Source: Nitrosopumilales archaeon
GTDB taxonomy: Archaea > Thermoproteota > Nitrososphaeria > Nitrososphaerales > Nitrosopumilaceae
Direction: 5' to 3'
Assembly (NCBI GenBank): GCA_016838795.1
Contig: JAEHKQ010000073.1
Coordinates: forward strand, 1 to 26,499
Length of the DNA stretch: 26,499 bases
Of this stretch, positions 23,238-26,499 are shown one piece after another. The notes beneath the pieces are model-generated. The model was not told the DNA's origin and searched no databases. It worked only from the letters and a program-made list of their open reading frames with translations. The position numbers and the translations under genes are program-made. Numbering within the stretch: the first letter of the stretch is position 1; each line of letters starts with the position of its first letter.

Positions 23238-24827
23238 GTGAAGAAACAGACCAAAGGAATAATCTTTTTAGTAGCAATAGGCAGTTTGTTATTTTTTTGG
23301 GGAGCAGCAGCATCAATGAAAGGCTTTTCCCCACCTGATTCAGAATTAGAGATGACTGTTACTGGCACTCCGGCTGACAACTTTCCTGATGAACAAAGAG
23401 CTCAATTTTGTGGAACCGGTGTAGCAAAATCAAATGCATATGTCAAAGAGTATAAAATTCCAACAGACTGTACTCAACCTTTAGCCATTACGACTGACCC
23501 ACAAGGAAACGTGTGGTTTGCGGAAACAAACACTGGTAATATTGCAAAATTCAATCCAATAACTGAAACCTTCACCGAGTATGAAAATCCAACTTGGCCA
23601 AAGAATGCAAGATCAATGATGTGGGGAATGGATTATTCTTCTGATGGTACTATTTGGTATACCGATGAAGCATTTGATTCTATTTGGAAATTTTCAATCC
23701 AAGATGAGAATTATCAGAGATTAAACTATCCTACTGAAGGTGAATCTCTACCGCAACGACTACAGGTAGATGGTTCTCAAGTTATTGTAAACGACTTTTC
23801 TGGAAATAAAATTACATTCTTTGATGCGGCTCAATCAGGTGGAGAGTTTGCTTACCTGAGTCTGCCTTCCCCAATTCCGAACTCTGTTACTGGCGGGTTT
23901 GCAGTTGACTCGAATGATAATTTGTGGTATACGAATTGGGTTTTCCAACAAGGTGGATTTTTGGTTAGGTTTGCTCAAGGCGACTATTTTGCCTCTCTAT
24001 CTAATTCTGAGGAGGCTTTACCACTATTTGATTTTCTTCAAGTATTCAAACTTCCTCTTGGTTTAAACACACCAAATGGAGCTGCTGTGGATTCGGATGG
24101 AAAAATTTGGTTAGCAGAGACATCAAGTAGCTATTTCTTTAGATTTGATCCTGAAACAGAGTCCTTTACAAAATATGTTACATCTGACCCAACCATTTCT
24201 ACATATGGTAATGCTTCTGGGCTAATCAAAAACCCAGTCACTAGACCATATTGGATTAATCTTGATGAGAATGACAGATTGGTTTTCAATGAACAAACCG
24301 CAAACAGAATAGCCATATTTGATCCAAAAACAGAAACTCTAACTGAGTATATGGTCCCATCTAAGAATCCTGGTTGGGCCGATTGTGAACAAATCAAAGA
24401 TTGTGGCTTGGCTCAGATTTTTGATTTTACAATTGATGGAAGCAAGATTTGGTTTACCGAATGGGTTGAAAACAATATTGGCGTTCTCGATACTTCAGTA
24501 CAACTTCCTTTCAAAGTAGAACTAGATAATACACAAATAAGTTTGAAAAAAGGCGAAACTATTACACTTACTTTACAAGTAATACCGCTCACTAACAGCG
24601 ATATCCCAATTGTCCAAGTGATTAATGCTGATACTGCAGAATTTTCTGATATTATGATAGTAACTGATGTCACTCAATTTCAACTTGATTTTGATGGGCC
24701 ACGTATGATACAAACTTCGATCACTATTGATGAAAATGCTTTAGCTATTTCTCATAAAATCCTTATTGGTGCACAAACTGATGAGGTTACGATTTCAAAA
24801 TATATCACTCTTACAATTGAATCGTGA
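23238..24827 (+). CDS. Exported Vgb (streptogramin lyase)-like beta-propeller protein with C-terminal Ig-like domain
   Basis: N-terminal TM; repeated 'P..I..D..G.VWF.E....N.I..F.P......EY' blades. Confidence 0.85.
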   Translation: MKKQTKGIIFLVAIGSLLFFWGAAASMKGFSPPDSELEMTVTGTPADNFPDEQRAQFCGTGVAKSNAYVKEYKIPTDCTQPLAITTDPQGNVWFAETNTGNIAKFNPITETFTEYENPTWPKNARSMMWGMDYSSDGTIWYTDEAFDSIWKFSIQDENYQRLNYPTEGESLPQRLQVDGSQVIVNDFSGNKITFFDAAQSGGEFAYLSLPSPIPNSVTGGFAVDSNDNLWYTNWVFQQGGFLVRFAQGDYFASLSNSEEALPLFDFLQVFKLPLGLNTPNGAAVDSDGKIWLAETSSSYFFRFDPETESFTKYVTSDPTISTYGNASGLIKNPVTRPYWINLDENDRLVFNEQTANRIAIFDPKTETLTEYMVPSKNPGWADCEQIKDCGLAQIFDFTIDGSKIWFTEWVENNIGVLDTSVQLPFKVELDNTQISLKKGETITLTLQVIPLTNSDIPIVQVINADTAEFSDIMIVTDVTQFQLDFDGPRMIQTSITIDENALAISHKILIGAQTDEVTISKYITLTIES

Positions 24828-26017
24828 TCCCAAAAATAGATACTGATATAGGAATTTCAATTTATTCTACATCAACAGATGGGTGTGGCGGAAAAATTCG
24901 TCAAAATGCAGAAGATTTTTTGGTTTCTGAAATTCTTTCTGACAAGACTATGTCTTTAATAAAACAAAATGATGGTTATGCAGTTTACAAACTAAAAAAA
25001 CAAAACATCGACACGAATCATGCTTTAAAAGATATTTTCAACAAAACAGGAATACGATTAAAATCTCTTGGATTAAAGGACGCATCTGCAATTACAGAAC
25101 AATATGTGTGTTCTATGAAGAAATCAAAAATAATTCAAAATTTTTCAACAAAAAAATTTTCCATTGAAAAAGTTGGATTTGTAAAAAAACCATTGACAAA
25201 AAAGGATATGATTGGAAACCATTTTACAATCAAAATTTCAGAGCCAACATCTAGTCCTTCCCAGTTTAATGATTATGATAAAATTTTGAATTTTCATGGT
25301 TACCAACGATTTGGTTCATCAAGACCTGTAACTCATTTAGTAGGCAAGTCCATTTTACAGCGTAATTTCCCAGAGGCAGTCAGATTGCTTCTCTCGTTTA
25401 CCAGCGAACATGACTCTAGAAATACAGATTTACGGAAAAGACTGGCTGATGAATCTAGTTTTAAGAAACTTGTTTCAGAAATTCCTCCACAAATGGATCT
25501 TGAAAAAATTGTAGTTTCTGAAATGATTAATCACAATGACCATTTCAAAGCAATTAGGGCGTTACCGCTTTCAATTCGACGTTTTTTTGTGCAATCATAT
25601 CAATCTTTTATATTCAACAGAACCCTTTGCCTGGCATTTGAGAATGATGAAGAACTATTTACTCCACAAGATGGTGATGTTTGCTTTGACAAAAACGGAA
25701 TTCTTGGAAAATATGAAAATGGATTAGATCAAAATCTTTCAATCCCTCTTGTAGGTTATTCTTATTACAAAAAAACACGATTTCATTATTATATTTCACA
25801 AATTCTTCAAGATGAAGAAATTACCACAAAGGACTTTTACTTCAAAGAAATACAAGAGGTAAGTAATGAAGGAGGATACAGAAACAGTTCTATTCATTGT
25901 ACAAATTATTCAGTTAAGGATAACATCATATCGTTTTCACTTTCTAGAGGTTCATTTGCAACTATACTTTTACGTGAGATAATGAAACCAACCGATCCAA
26001 TTGGATCAGGGTTTTGA
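24824..26017 (+). CDS. truD: tRNA pseudouridine(13) synthase
   Basis: EDF.V.E, GLKD..A.T.Q, GN.F.I, NF.GYQRFG, SYQS.IFN..L, F.L.RGSFAT..LRE. Confidence 0.95.
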   Translation: MIPKIDTDIGISIYSTSTDGCGGKIRQNAEDFLVSEILSDKTMSLIKQNDGYAVYKLKKQNIDTNHALKDIFNKTGIRLKSLGLKDASAITEQYVCSMKKSKIIQNFSTKKFSIEKVGFVKKPLTKKDMIGNHFTIKISEPTSSPSQFNDYDKILNFHGYQRFGSSRPVTHLVGKSILQRNFPEAVRLLLSFTSEHDSRNTDLRKRLADESSFKKLVSEIPPQMDLEKIVVSEMINHNDHFKAIRALPLSIRRFFVQSYQSFIFNRTLCLAFENDEELFTPQDGDVCFDKNGILGKYENGLDQNLSIPLVGYSYYKKTRFHYYISQILQDEEITTKDFYFKEIQEVSNEGGYRNSSIHCTNYSVKDNIISFSLSRGSFATILLREIMKPTDPIGSGF

Positions 26018-26074
26018 CAGATTGTTGCTTCGCAATGATTAATTAGAAGTGAGAAGCCATCAACTTTTGTTAGT

Positions 26075-26305
26075 ATGGAACAAGCATACATCTTGATTGT
26101 ATGTGAAATTGGAACTGAGCATGATCTTTCTTCCAAACTTATGGATATTGATGAAATAAAAAATGTGATGATTACTTATGGTGACTATGACATCGTTATT
26201 GAAGCCGAAACAGATGATGGAACAAAAATGGATGATCTAATAACAACTAAGATTAGAAAGTTAGAAAAAATTCGAACTACCATCACCTTACGTGTAACCA
26301 ATTAG
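26075..26305 (+). CDS. Stand-alone Lrp/AsnC ligand-binding (RAM) domain protein
   Basis: AYILI.C..G, V..TYGDYDIV, I...IR.L..I..T.TL; no HTH. Confidence 0.88.
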   Translation: MEQAYILIVCEIGTEHDLSSKLMDIDEIKNVMITYGDYDIVIEAETDDGTKMDDLITTKIRKLEKIRTTITLRVTN

Positions 26306-26499
26306 CCTTTTTTTGAAACAGTTATGCCTATCCCAATTGCTAGAATCACAATTCCTGCAACAACTATTTGTTGCCCATATGTTATCCAGTCTGGGTTAGA
26401 ATACATGAAGGATGATTCTGGACCCACTAAACCCTGACCTTGAAAATGAAAAACAATTCCTGAAACAAGAATTATGATGCCCAAAATTATGATTGGATA
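26302..26499 (-). CDS. Small membrane protein, 5'-truncated at the window edge
   Basis: The frame stays open to the edge (YPIIILGIIILVSGIVFHFQGQG...); two hydrophobic segments. Confidence 0.7.
   Translation of the reverse strand, partial: YPIIILGIIILVSGIVFHFQGQGLVGPESSFMYSNPDWITYGQQIVVAGIVILAIGIGITVSKKG

Noticed and set aside
1133-25727. ORF-track entries antisense to or nested in real genes (e.g. 1133-1381, 1569-1826, 2221-2424, 2731-2988, 4400-4582, 4909-5133, 5365-5736, 7380-7760, 9917-10243, 10399-10710, 11208-11600, 12033-12290, 13337-13552, 15020-15388, 15478-15675, 16539-16766, 17228-17572, 17357-17605, 18028-18213, 18582-18872, 19049-19522, 20378-20782, 21787-22125, 22812-23186, 23156-23380, 24131-24673, 25536-25727)
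   Set aside because: They overlap well-supported genes, have no recognisable motifs, and have the composition expected of shadow frames.
25906-26136. 76-aa minus-strand ORF across the truD/Lrp junction
   Set aside because: Antisense to two well-supported genes; no motif.
1-26499. CRISPR arrays, IS/transposases, rRNA and tRNA genes
   Set aside because: No regularly spaced repeats, transposase motifs or RNA-gene signatures found by eye; tRNAscan-SE/Infernal would be needed to be sure.

Overview
Archaeal chromosomal DNA, AT-rich and tightly packed, with frequent TTG/GTG starts. Gene content (RpoE'/Spt4, aEF-1beta, Pth2, geranylgeranyl reductase, membrane-anchored cupredoxin next to ctaB, Vgb-like propeller, K+-independent H+-PPase) points to an ammonia-oxidising archaeon of the Nitrosopumilales (inference). 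Most of 9.4-26.5 kb is ordinary core genome. Four things stand out. (1) A 396-aa membrane protein (6127-7317, -) has an N-terminal half with two D-x3-H-x12-H motifs arranged like the AmoC/PmoC copper sites and a C-terminal half resembling AmoA/PmoA; a co-oriented gene for a membrane-anchored beta-sandwich protein precedes it. This is a candidate divergent, fused copper-membrane-monooxygenase-like system in an accessory block between nadA and nadC. (2) A terminase small/large subunit-like pair, with an atypical Walker A, runs off the left edge and abuts nadX with no integrase or tRNA between. (3) A box C/D sRNA lies at 12804-12861. (4) A frameshifted Cys-rich mini-gene lies at 9250-9412, and a 17-bp direct repeat occurs at 6069 and 9180. 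No tRNA, rRNA, CRISPR array or transposase was seen. Reference motifs for known families are quoted from memory and need confirming by alignment.
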